Shown in pieces: positions 9,905 through 20,649 of a DNA stretch of 34,745 bases. Position 1 is the first letter of the stretch; each line of letters opens with the position of its first letter. The DNA comes from Octopus bimaculoides (Eukaryota). Made by a program: the position numbers and the translations under genes. Below the pieces are notes generated by a model. The model did not search any database. It was not told the DNA's origin and saw nothing but the letters and a program-made list of their open reading frames with translations. The stretch spans positions 50,856,632-50,891,376 of the forward strand of contig NC_068994.1 of assembly GCF_001194135.2 (NCBI RefSeq). The letters are read 5' to 3'.

Positions 9905-10104
9905 CATTTATTTATTATAGGCTTACAGCTGTTTCAGATATGCATTTGGTGTATTCATGACTCATTGTTATTGCTTGATTAATCAACTGAAAATATAGGG
10001 AACCACCAGCCTGAATCTATGTTCTTCAGAGCCTCTAATACACTGAACCGTGAATGCACCCAATTGCGTATCTGAAACAGCTGTAAGCCTATAATAAATA
10101 AATG
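9905..10104. repeat. 200-bp foldback (inverted repeat) element containing a split hammerhead-like motif
   Basis: 9905-9940 is the exact reverse complement of 10069-10104 (36 bp). Similarity extends with mismatches to about 9959/10049 and weakly beyond. Confidence 0.9.
9919..10034 (-). ncRNA. Hammerhead-ribozyme-like motif (type I) with long, degenerate stem II
   Basis: Minus: AGGCU-CUGAAGA-(87 nt)-GAAACAGCUGU-A-AGCCU. Perfect 5-bp stem I, palindromic stem III ACAGCUGU, GUA triplet; stem II is only weakly paired. Confidence 0.45.
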
Positions 10105-10425
10105 CAAACAACCCGTTATTTCTGACTATTTTATATAGTGCTCTGTGAAAACATATAATCTTAACTGGGTAATAAAACAATGAATTTACAAATTTGACTG
10201 GTGAGGGACTTTGATTTTGGATTACCTCAAGTACAATATCGATCGCAAAACATTTTTGTTAACCTGGTTTATCTGCAGAGAGCTTAAGAAGAATTTCACC
10301 TAGATTACTAATCCTTTGGTAATCCCTTTTTGTTTTGATATATATATGGATTTATGCACTTCCATTTATCCATGATAGAGTTCTGAAACCATTCTCTTTA
10401 TATGTGTGTGTGTGTACATATAAAT

Positions 10426-10507
<82 letters not shown>

Positions 10508-10523
10508 ATTATATATATGTATG

Positions 10524-10563
<40 letters not shown>

Positions 10564-10856
10564 TCACACATGCACACACACGTATATGGCTTTCTTGCCT
10601 TCTCTCTCTTAATATATATTCTCTGACTTATCACATTATTGACCCATTGCTACAGGAATTACAGTGGTTCTGGTTGGTAACTATGGCACTTACATTATTA
10701 TGTTCAGAGGATAAATGGAGCAGTCAGTTGTACGGTGGAAGGTAGTAGCCTGTAGCTTTTGTTTCTGTTATATCATATTTCAAGCAACTTTTTCTTGAGC
10801 AAAACACTTCATTTTATGTTGCTCCCATCCATTCACCATTTTATGTTGCTCCCATT

Positions 10857-10980
10857 CAGCTGTAGAAACCTTGCCAGATCAGATTGGAGCCTGGTGTAGC
10901 CTCCTTGTTCTCCAGACCTCAGTCAAACTGTCCAACACATGCCAACCTGGAAAGTGGACATTAAACGATGATGATGATGT
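10857..10980 (+). mobile_element. SINE family B 3' part
   Basis: cagctgtagaaaccttgccagatcagattggagcctggtgtagcc ... ggacattaaacgatgatgatg. Confidence 0.8.
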
Positions 10981-10999
10981 ATATATGTATATATATACA

Positions 11000-11155
11000 C
11001 ACGATGGGCTTCTTTCAGTTTCCATCTACCAAATTCACTCACAAGTCTGGCCCAGAAGCACAAGTAGGAGGCACTTGCCCAAAATGTCTTGCAATAGAAC
11101 TGAACCTGAAACTATGTGGTTGGGAAGCAAACTTCTTACCCACACAGCCACAGCC
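11000..11155 (-). mobile_element. SINE family A head fragment
   Basis: acgatgggcttctttcagtttccatctaccaaattcactcacaag ... atgtggttgggaagcaaacttcttacccacacagccac. Confidence 0.8.
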
Positions 11156-11853
11156 AGATAACAAACAAAGCTGGAGATACCAGACATTACAGCTGTAAAC
11201 TTGAGAAAAGGCTTGAGAAAAACACTTTGATCCTAGGCTTGCCTGGTCGAAGTTGGCCCGGTGTTATACAAGGACTGGTTAAAGTTAGAACAAGCTCATA
11301 CATTAAATGAACTGAAATAAGACAATATGTTGAAGGAAAAGAATAAACAAGAGGCAAGGATTTCGTGTACGCTTGGTTCTTATCTTCCTGTTTTTAAATA
11401 TTTGAATTCTTGTTAGGAAGGGAGTTGGGTTTTTTCAGAAAGAAACAAAGCTACCTCTGTATCTGTGTTATGTGTGTGTAGTTATGCTTGTTCCTCTCTT
11501 TATCTCCTTTTGTCTGAATGCACCTTTGATGTGCATATGTATGCGCGTGTGTTGTTACAGAAGCGTACACATGAGAGAGCGAGAGAGAAAGAATGAACGA
11601 AAGAGAGAGGGGGTAAGGGATAACAATCAAGAGTGTGACAATTGTGTGTGCCTGTCCAACTGTCTTTGCATGTGTGTATGATTTTGTATGTGTGAGAAAG
11701 AGAGAGAGAAGTTCAAATGCAGGATTGTCCAGTAGTGTGTCTTATGTGAAACAACAGTCAGATCAGGTCAGGTCAAATGGTGACTGTGTTGGAGTTGGAT
11801 TAAAACAAGCTTGTCTGAGCTATTTTAGGTCAAGCCAGACACTGTTACTTGCT

Positions 11854-11925
11854 TTAACCCTTTAGCATTCAGATTACTCTGTTAAATGCAAAGCTTATTT
11901 ATCTATTCACGTTGTTTTGAATAAA
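11854..11925 (+). mobile_element. piggyBac-like non-autonomous element left end (TTAA-CCCTTTAGCATTCAGATT...)
   Basis: TTAA followed by CCCTTT; the same start occurs at 31110 and related starts at 21109 and 30458. A TTAA target plus CCC terminus is the piggyBac signature. No right end found here. Confidence 0.55.
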
Positions 11926-11934
11926 TAATACATT

Positions 11935-12125
11935 CAGTTCTATATTTAAGAGATGAGGAATTATGTACATTATTTACATTATTTACATACAATTGACAGA
12001 TATTTGTCCTCATCTTGTTTGTTGTTAACACAACATTTCAGCTGATACACCCTCCAGCCTTCATCAGGTGTCTTGGGGAAATTTCGAACCTGGGTTCTCA
12101 ACCCTAAGGTAGTTTTCAATGTTAT
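11935..12125 (-). mobile_element. Penelope-like element pLTR-type repeat carrying a hammerhead motif
   Basis: Contains CTGATGAAGGCTG...CAGCTGAAATGT on minus. The CTGATGA...GAAAC arrangement is typical of PLE terminal repeats. No RT or GIY-YIG ORF is present. Confidence 0.55.
12027..12072 (-). ncRNA. Minimal type-I hammerhead ribozyme motif, CpG-decayed
   Basis: GACAC-CUGAUGA-A-GGCUG-gaggguguau-CAGCU-GAAA-UGU-U-GUGUU: stem I GACAC/GUGUU, stem II GGCUG/CAGCU, canonical core; predicted scission 3' of U12032. Confidence 0.7.
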
Positions 12126-12129
12126 TATT

Positions 12130-12302
12130 ATCATGCGCTATTTATCTTGGTATGGGATCACCATGTCATGCACATATGGTTGTGATGCATGTGCCTGGTG
12201 TACCCTTATCAGACGGGTAGTTATGGGCTTTGTATATTTTACCAGTGTCATGGCATGCACTGCTCTCTCACGCAATAATAATAATAATAATAATAATAAT
12301 GA
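12130..12302 (+). mobile_element. Probable retroposon 3' tail ending in (AAT)n
   Basis: Unique GC-richer segment ...gcatgcactgctctctcacgc followed by aataataataat; family not determined. Confidence 0.4.
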
Positions 12303-12715
12303 TTGACAGTACCCAGTAATGCTGATGGACTTTCTTTTTCAATTCTTGATATGTGTTTCTGAATCATACACACACCTCTTCTCTCTCTCTCTCTCTCTTT
12401 CTCTCTATCTATCTCTTTTTTGTCTCTGTTTCAATCCCACTCCTCTTCCTTTTTATTTTCATTCACCTCTCCCTCTATTTATATACACTATCTCTTCTGT
12501 ACTCTGATTCTTTATGTCTTCCTCCTCTTTCTCACATACACCTTATTTTCTCTCTCACTCCTCCTCCCCCCTCTCTCTCTCTCAAACGTTTTCTTTCTCA
12601 CACACAAAGAAATGTGTGCTTGTGTGTGTGTGTGTGCGCACACACTCTCTCTGTCATCTGTACCCCCCCTACACACACACATACACAGACGCACTCATAT
12701 ACCTCAACAGTACTT

Positions 12716-12729
12716 GTTGCTATGGTAAC
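12716..12729. promoter_or_regulatory. RFX X-box-like motif GTTGCTATGGTAAC
   Basis: Matches the near-palindromic X-box consensus GTNNCY-AT-RGNAAC; function unsupported. Confidence 0.25.
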
Positions 12730-12733
12730 TTAC

Positions 12734-12787
12734 GTTTAATTTTTTCAAACAGTTGACAAATTGATATGCAACAAACATACTTCAAAG
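12734..12787 (-). CDS. Candidate 54-nt internal exon (phase 1-1) xLKYVCCISICQLFEKIKx
   Basis: Perfect GTAAGT donor at 12733-12728 (minus), AAG acceptor with weak tract, single open frame, length divisible by 3. Confidence 0.15.
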
Positions 12788-12989
12788 CTTGAAATGTGTG
12801 CGTGTATGTGTATGTATGCACATACACACACACATATATATGAGTATATACACACATACATATATGTGAGTATATAGCTGTGTCTGCCTATACACATTTG
12901 TGTTTTTCAATGTGTGTGTGTGTGTCTGTACATGCATGTGTATGTACATCTGTGTGTGTACTTAATGTTCCTGTATAATGCATATTATG

Positions 12990-13138
12990 TTGTGTCTCGG
13001 GAGAGTCGTTACGTCAATATTAGTAACACACTTACAGGTTTAATTCCACTTTAAACCAATTGACTAATAATAAAGAAGTGGAATTCAACCAGTGCATGTG
13101 TTTATTATTGTTGGCATAATGACCCTCCCGAGACACAA
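12990..13138. mobile_element. MITE-like foldback, about 150 bp with about 62-bp imperfect inverted arms
   Basis: ttgtgtctcgggag (12990-13003) and ctcccgagacacaa (13125-13138) are exact complements. The arms continue imperfectly to aattccactt / aagtggaatt. Confidence 0.8.
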
Positions 13139-13324
13139 GATTTGTTTCAACACACGAATTCATATCAAGAGTCTTGCAAACCAATTACAAAAACGAAATA
13201 GCGAATATTATATTGTCATCAAAGGCAGGTCTTGACAATATGTGATGGTATCTGAGTTATAGTATCACCAGCAAATTGTTTTGTACCTGCCTAAACAGGT
13301 GTGGTTAGTTGTTTTGTACCTGTC

Positions 13325-13930
13325 TAGGCATAGCTGTGTGGTTAAGCTTGCTTCCAAGCTACATGCTCTTGGATTCAGTTCCATTGCATGGCACCTTGAG
13401 CAAGGTTCTTCTGCTATAGCCCCAAGCTAACCAAAGCCTTGTGAGTGGATTTACTGGACTGAAACTGAAAGAAACCCAATGTGTGTGTGTGTGTGTGCTT
13501 GTGCATTCTTGTTTTCTTTATTAGTTCTTTGCCTTGGCATTACATGATAGTTGTATAAATCGGTATCACTGTCATGTACATTTGTATCCGATATTCTGTA
13601 AGAAATATCAAGCCATGGGGGAAATATTCTTTTTTTTTTCTACTCTAGGCACAATGCCCAAAATTTGGGGGGAGGGGCCAGTCGGTTAGATTGACCTCAG
13701 TATGCAACCGGTATTTAATTTATCGACCCCCGAAAGGATAAAAGGCAAAGTCAACCTCAGCAGAATTTGAACTCAGAATGTAAAGATAGATGAAATACCG
13801 CTAAGCATTTCACCTGGCATGCTAACGTTTCTGCCAGCTCACCACCATGGGGGAAATATTACCTTGCCTGGAGACAGGTGAGGTCTGGCAACAAGAGGAA
13901 GAGGATCCAACCGTAGAAAAATCTGTCTCA
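13325..13930 (+). mobile_element. SINE family C (family-A-type tRNA head + (TG)n + different body + Meta-like 3' part), interrupted by a nested insertion
   Basis: The head ggcatagctgtgtggttaagcttgcttcc ... ccaaagccttgtgagtggattt ... gaaactgaaagaaacc matches family A, while the 3' part matches 9140-9300. Confidence 0.7.
13629..13844 (-). mobile_element. Family N (Nin-like) SINE nested in family C SINE, with 16-bp TSD
   Basis: ccatgggggaaatatt is repeated exactly at 13613-13628 and 13845-13860. The insert is the reverse complement of the 3317/3546 family with an A-rich tail. Confidence 0.9.
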
Positions 13931-13949
13931 ATGAACTCAGAATTTGGTT

Positions 13950-14350
13950 GGTATATCTAGCACAACTGCTCACATTACTACAACTACACCCTGTCTCTAT
14001 GACTACCCGCCATCTCTACAGCTATCCACCGTCACCATAGTTACCTATTATCATCAGAGATACCCGCCATGACTGCAACTACCCCATATTCACCACAACT
14101 ACCCAACCATCACCATAGCTACCTATCGCCAATCACAACAGATACCCACCATCAGTCACCACTTACCCACCTTCTCCACAGCAACCCACCATCTCCACGG
14201 CTACCCACCATCTCCACGGCTACCCACCATCTCCACAGCTACCCGCTATTACCACAGTTAACCATCATCAATCACCCCAGCTACCCACTACCTCTACCGC
14301 TAACCATCATCATCATCACAACTACCCATCATTGCCACAGCTACCCACTC
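13950..14350. repeat. Cryptic C/A-rich minisatellite (ctaccc/ccatc/ccac units)
   Basis: Recurring gctacccaccatctccac-type units, e.g. 14185-14240. Confidence 0.7.
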
Positions 14351-14602
14351 AAGCTAACAAGGGCATTTGTAAGTCATTTCTCTGCCTGCTAGAAATAACA
14401 GCCGAATCAGCACTCAGACCATCCTGCAGAACCACAAGAAAGGACATTGTGCTTAATGTAGTCTGAGGTACACTACTCACAAAAGCAAAACAAAAAAGAA
14501 AAAAACTGCATTATTATGGCTTGAACGTTTTTTGATCATAGGACATCAGAGCTGATCTGGAAGGCTAAACAACAACAACAACAACTGCTGCTGCTGCTAC
14601 TG

Positions 14603-14655
<53 letters not shown>

Positions 14656-14825
14656 GCTGCTACTGCTAGTACCAATCATTGCTACTTTTACTCTCCACCA
14701 CCATCAACCACCACTATTATAAAAAAATAAGCAAGCATTCTTGAAAAAAAAAGATGATAAAAAAGATAAATTGTTAATCTTTATAGCTTGAATAATTTCT
14801 GAAATCTAATTTATTATACTAAACA

Positions 14826-16002
14826 ATGCAGTGTGTGTGTGTGTGGTGTGGGGGGGTGGGGGGTGGAGAGGCTGTATGTTTATGTGGTGTGTATATGTAT
14901 TATGTATATGAATGTATGTATATGATGAGTGTGTGTGTGTGTGTGTTTCTGTATGCGTGTGGTCTTTGTGATGTGTTTTTATTTAATATTTGTGAGATAT
15001 GGTTTATTAAATTGACTTGTATTGAAGTAAAATAGAATGTGTGTGTGTGTGTGTGTGCGTGCATGCATGCATGTGTGTGTGGTGGGGTATGTGTATATTT
15101 GTATGTAAATCTATATGTGTGTGTGTGTGTGGAAATGTGTACATGTGTGTTTTGTTTGAATGTGTGTCAATGTATATGCACTTGTGTACACGTGTGTGGA
15201 TGTGTATTCACGTGTTTGTATATACATGTTTTGTTTGTGTAAATCTGAATGATTATTCACACGTTTGTGTGTATGTGTGTGTGTGTGTGTGTGTGTATAT
15301 GCACACATACATACATGTGTGTGTTTATATATATGCATGCATATACATATATATATATGTGTGTGTGAATATGTATGTATGTGCATGTATATATGCGTCT
15401 ATCTGTCTGAATATATGGAAGTCTGGCTCTGTGTGTGTGTGTGTGTGTATGTCTTTGTTGTGCTGAAAGATTTTTTTTTTCTTTTGTTTTACTTTTATTA
15501 TTTTTCATTTACTATTCCCACTAAGGTTAAAGAACACTTATCAAAATACCAAAACACAAACAAAAACCTGAATAAATACTAAACAGAGTTTAAGAGATAA
15601 ATCTACCTCTCCACACACACACACACATTCATACTCACATATGTGTATGTATATGTGTATACGACGATGTCTGTCTCTATATGCCCATATATATATATAC
15701 ATATATACATGTGTGTGTGTATGTATATATATGTGTGTGTGTGTGTGTATATATATACATATATAAGTATGTATAAGTCTCTGCCTCTCTGTACACACAC
15801 ACACACATGCATACACACATATATATATATGTATATATGAGTCTCTACATCTGTGTGTGTGTGTGTATATGTATATATATGTGTGTGTGTGTCTGCTTCT
15901 CTGTACACATACACTCACACACACATATATGTATATATATATATGTCTACATCTGTGTGTATGTATATATATATATATATATGATGATGATGATGATGAT
16001 GA

Positions 16003-16037
<35 letters not shown>

Positions 16038-16050
16038 GAGTCTCTATATC

Positions 16051-16095
<45 letters not shown>

Positions 16096-16180
16096 GTATG
16101 TATCTATGTATATATGTCTCTGCTTCTGTGTACGTGTATCCATTATATCTCTATATCTGTATGTGTGTGTGTGTGAATGT
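14826..16180. repeat. Large compound (TG)/(TA)/(CA) microsatellite field with higher-order anchors
   Basis: Dinucleotide tracts interspersed with recurring gtctctacatctgtg / gtctctgcttctctgtac anchors in 15770-16160. Confidence 0.9.
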
Positions 16181-16628
16181 AAACAAAAGAAAGGCTTTTA
16201 TAAATGAATCAACCCAAAACCAAACATAATTTAGAAATACAATTTGTAAATATATATGAGTTATCTGTGTAACTGAGCGAGCTTTATTCCTCTTATTGTT
16301 TATGTAGGTAATTGTTTTGTGAGAATGTTTCCTGATTGTTGTGTATATAGCGCTTCTAAAGGATTTGATATTTTACTACATGTAATGTGTTACACATGTT
16401 GATGTACGTATGTGTGTCTGAGTGTGTGTGTTTGTGTGTGTGTATCATATAATATATGTACATGACTTGTAAAAATATTTCTGTTTGAAATTTAAAATTG
16501 GCAAAATAGATTTTGTCTTTTTTTTTTTGTCTTTTTTGTCTTTCCTGCCCTCCCATCTTTTAACTGGAACAGGGAAATGTAGATAGATTTTGTTTTTAAA
16601 TATCCATTTCTTTTAAACTTTTTTTTGT

Positions 16629-17510
16629 NNNNNNNNNNNNNNNNNNNNNNNNNNNNNNNNNNNNNNNNNNNNNNNNNNNNNNNNNNNNNNNNNNNNNNNN
16701 NNNNNNNNNNNNNNNNNNNNNNNNNNNNNNNNNNNNNNNNNNNNNNNNNNNNNNNNNNNNNNNNNNNNNNNNNNNNNNNNNNNNNNNNNNNNNNNNNNNN
16801 NNNNNNNNNNNNNNNNNNNNNNNNNNNNNNNNNNNNNNNNNNNNNNNNNNNNNNNNNNNNNNNNNNNNNNNNNNNNNNNNNNNNNNNNNNNNNNNNNNNN
16901 NNNNNNNNNNNNNNNNNNNNNNNNNNNNNNNNNNNNNNNNNNNNNNNNNNNNNNNNNNNNNNNNNNNNNNNNNNNNNNNNNNNNNNNNNNNNNNNNNNNN
17001 NNNNNNNNNNNNNNNNNNNNNNNNNNNNNNNNNNNNNNNNNNNNNNNNNNNNNNNNNNNNNNNNNNNNNNNNNNNNNNNNNNNNNNNNNNNNNNNNNNNN
17101 NNNNNNNNNNNNNNNNNNNNNNNNNNNNNNNNNNNNNNNNNNNNNNNNNNNNNNNNNNNNNNNNNNNNNNNNNNNNNNNNNNNNNNNNNNNNNNNNNNNN
17201 NNNNNNNNNNNNNNNNNNNNNNNNNNNNNNNNNNNNNNNNNNNNNNNNNNNNNNNNNNNNNNNNNNNNNNNNNNNNNNNNNNNNNNNNNNNNNNNNNNNN
17301 NNNNNNNNNNNNNNNNNNNNNNNNNNNNNNNNNNNNNNNNNNNNNNNNNNNNNNNNNNNNNNNNNNNNNNNNNNNNNNNNNNNNNNNNNNNNNNNNNNNN
17401 NNNNNNNNNNNNNNNNNNNNNNNNNNNNNNNNNNNNNNNNNNNNNNNNNNNNNNNNNNNNNNNNNNNNNNNNNNNNNNNNNNNNNNNNNNNNNNNNNNNN
17501 NNNNNNNNNT
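16629..17510. other. Assembly gap (N run)
   Basis: Run of N. Other gaps: 3117-3197, 4070-4082, 6051-6060, 18909-19820, 21971-21980, 22349-22358, 23742-24080, 26297-26344, 27969-28354. Confidence 1.
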
Positions 17511-17586
17511 GTTCTTCTTTTTACTGGTTTCAGTCTTTGGCAATTTTGGCCATGCTGGGGCACCACCTACCAACTACTAAGGTGTA

Positions 17587-17619
<33 letters not shown>

Positions 17620-17877
17620 CATTACATTGACTCCCTCATATTTATTTTATCAGCTTCTCAACAATGAAAGTGAAAACATAGACTGGGGAACTTTTGAGCT
17701 CAGAATATAAATATTTACCACTAGATTATGATTGACCACCTCTAGAATTCATACACGTTAATGTCTGAATTCAGGGGTCAGCAATAGTTGGACCAAGGCT
17801 CACTTTGGACCATTCTAGGTGTTCTCTATGATCTCTAACCCTTTTCTACAAACTTTTCACATTAAGTGTTTTTTGCG

Positions 17878-18170
17878 TGAAAGCACATGGCTTAATGGTT
17901 TAGCTGTTGTGTTCGCAATCATAAAGATCATGGTTTTGATTCATGAATCAAGCAGTGCATTATGTTCTTGAGCAAAGCTCTTCATTATTTTTCACATTGC
18001 TCCAGTTTACTCAGCTGAAAACGAGTTCTAGCAGTAGCTGGGAGGTTAACCTTGTAAGAGACTAATGCCCCATTCTGGGGTAGTAAGTGTTGTAATCTCA
18101 ATAACTTATGCACCGTGGAAACTGGGTTATGCTCCAGCCCGATGAGTCCTTGGGCTCATAACAAACCTAA
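17878..18170 (+). mobile_element. SINE family D (CORE/V-like), diverged full-length copy
   Basis: Similar to 1462-1700: gcagtgcattatgttcttgagcaaag ... cacattgctccagtttactcagctg; 3' stem-loop gagtcc-ttg-ggctc. Confidence 0.6.
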
Positions 18171-18381
18171 GTCTAAATAATGTATTTGTAGGCCACTGAA
18201 CACTTGATTGCTTTCAGATGGTTGTGGTTTGTTCAATTTTTTGCTTCTGTAAGTATAGGCAGTGATGTAACTGGGTGGTGGGAATACACACGGAATTTCT
18301 TTATTTAGTTTCTTATGCCTTGAGAGTATGTCTTGGCATCTCATCTTCTCTGTCCTTTCTCCCTGCACGGGAGCCAGTCCA

Positions 18382-18395
18382 GTGGCCATGGCAAC
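18382..18395. promoter_or_regulatory. RFX X-box-like motif GTGGCCATGGCAAC in a small CpG-rich patch
   Basis: Fits GTNRCC-AT-RGYAAC and lies in 18360-18425, which has six CpGs in about 60 bp. Confidence 0.25.
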
Positions 18396-18563
18396 GATCA
18401 AGCGGCCGGGCCCGTGTTTGCGCTCATATTCCTTGTTGACATGTAAGCATTTTTGCACAAGGCACAAAGGAGTGTGACTTTGTATCTTGGGTCAGAGGGA
18501 GATAATTCATTCAGGCAAAGTTATATTGAGGACCTAAATAATAAAATTCTAGGCACGAGAACA

Positions 18564-18596
<33 letters not shown>

Positions 18597-20321
18597 TAGA
18601 TAAACAAATAATTTTAAAAATTTGCATTCTATTCAAACTGTGTCCTTTTGGATATTTGCCACCATGAAGAAAAAACAGAAAATATGGCCAGAGAGAGAGA
18701 AAAAAAAAAATCAGTGCAAAAATTAGGAAATAAAAAGTTGAATATAACAAACTGCAACCAATTCAAATTTATGTAAATCATTTTATTTTATTTTGTTTTA
18801 TTTTCATTATTTCTTACCCTTCCCATTCTAAATCCCTTCCAAAATGTAAATTCGGCAAAAAGAAAAAAAAGAAAGAAAAATACAAATTTGTCACTTTTAA
18901 TGATGGAANNNNNNNNNNNNNNNNNNNNNNNNNNNNNNNNNNNNNNNNNNNNNNNNNNNNNNNNNNNNNNNNNNNNNNNNNNNNNNNNNNNNNNNNNNNN
19001 NNNNNNNNNNNNNNNNNNNNNNNNNNNNNNNNNNNNNNNNNNNNNNNNNNNNNNNNNNNNNNNNNNNNNNNNNNNNNNNNNNNNNNNNNNNNNNNNNNNN
19101 NNNNNNNNNNNNNNNNNNNNNNNNNNNNNNNNNNNNNNNNNNNNNNNNNNNNNNNNNNNNNNNNNNNNNNNNNNNNNNNNNNNNNNNNNNNNNNNNNNNN
19201 NNNNNNNNNNNNNNNNNNNNNNNNNNNNNNNNNNNNNNNNNNNNNNNNNNNNNNNNNNNNNNNNNNNNNNNNNNNNNNNNNNNNNNNNNNNNNNNNNNNN
19301 NNNNNNNNNNNNNNNNNNNNNNNNNNNNNNNNNNNNNNNNNNNNNNNNNNNNNNNNNNNNNNNNNNNNNNNNNNNNNNNNNNNNNNNNNNNNNNNNNNNN
19401 NNNNNNNNNNNNNNNNNNNNNNNNNNNNNNNNNNNNNNNNNNNNNNNNNNNNNNNNNNNNNNNNNNNNNNNNNNNNNNNNNNNNNNNNNNNNNNNNNNNN
19501 NNNNNNNNNNNNNNNNNNNNNNNNNNNNNNNNNNNNNNNNNNNNNNNNNNNNNNNNNNNNNNNNNNNNNNNNNNNNNNNNNNNNNNNNNNNNNNNNNNNN
19601 NNNNNNNNNNNNNNNNNNNNNNNNNNNNNNNNNNNNNNNNNNNNNNNNNNNNNNNNNNNNNNNNNNNNNNNNNNNNNNNNNNNNNNNNNNNNNNNNNNNN
19701 NNNNNNNNNNNNNNNNNNNNNNNNNNNNNNNNNNNNNNNNNNNNNNNNNNNNNNNNNNNNNNNNNNNNNNNNNNNNNNNNNNNNNNNNNNNNNNNNNNNN
19801 NNNNNNNNNNNNNNNNNNNAAAAAATGGAAAACAACAAAAATTGACAAAACAAGAAATACTTTTAAAATATATTTATTTAAAAAAAAAAAAGTAAAAAGT
19901 ATTTAAAAATGAAAAGAGTCCCCCTCCCACACACATACACACACACTCTCACACATGCATGCACACTTTCCCATAGTCACTCACCCATATGCACTCCTAC
20001 CTAAACACAGGCATAACAAATCTCTCGAGAAATAGAGGACATTGCCAATAGTAAAGTTTGAGAAGAAGCCTAGAAATGGGGTTCAAGCTGGGTGGAATTG
20101 GAAGCAGTGGTAGTGGGGAGGGGGCAGGTGTCGGCTTGGTGATGGCGGTGGTGGGGGTCGATGATGTGGTGTCTGTAGTGTTAGAGATAAAGAAGGGTGT
20201 TTGTGATTGTGATGGTTTGAGGTTGGTACTTTTTTGTGGAGCCCAAGCCCAGGGCCCAGCTCTGATTGAGCAAACCTCCAATGAAGAGTATTCTAACCAT
20301 GACCATCCATATGGACTTTTA

Positions 20322-20620
20322 TTCATAGGCTCAGGTAGGGCTGTATAGTAAGATGTTTGCTTGCCAACCACATGGCTCCAGGTTCAGTCCTACTGCATGG
20401 CACCTTGGCCAAGTGTTGGGGCCGACCTAAGCCTTGTGAGTTAATTTGGTAGATGGAAACTGAAAGAAGCCTGTCATATATTTGTGTATATATGGGTGTG
20501 TGTGTGTATGTCTTTGTGTCTATGTCTGTCTCCTACCACCACTTGACAGCCAGTGCTGGTATGTTTACATCCCTGTAACTTAGTGGTTTGGCAGAAGAGA
20601 CTGATAGAATAAGTACCTGT
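20322..20620 (+). mobile_element. SINE family A, diverged, 3'-truncated
   Basis: ccaaccacatggctccaggttcagtcctactgcatggcaccttggccaagtg ... ttggtagatggaaactgaaagaagcc ... gagactgatagaataagtacc. Confidence 0.85.
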
Positions 20621-20649
20621 GTGGATTCAAGCCGTAACACTCCACAATT

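Noticed and set aside
18156-18467. 103-aa minus ORF over the CpG-rich patch
   Set aside because: No recognisable domain or bounding splice sites; GC-rich DNA is naturally stop-poor.
16596-19895. Longest ORFs (317-361 aa), also those at 23658-24275 and 27641-28501
   Set aside because: They consist almost wholly of N-gap X residues.
19997-20371. ORFs 20058-20348 (+) and 19997-20371 (-) with plausible-looking composition
   Set aside because: They are built from a GGT/GAT-rich tract, a family E repeat tail (about 20215-20310) and a family A SINE head.
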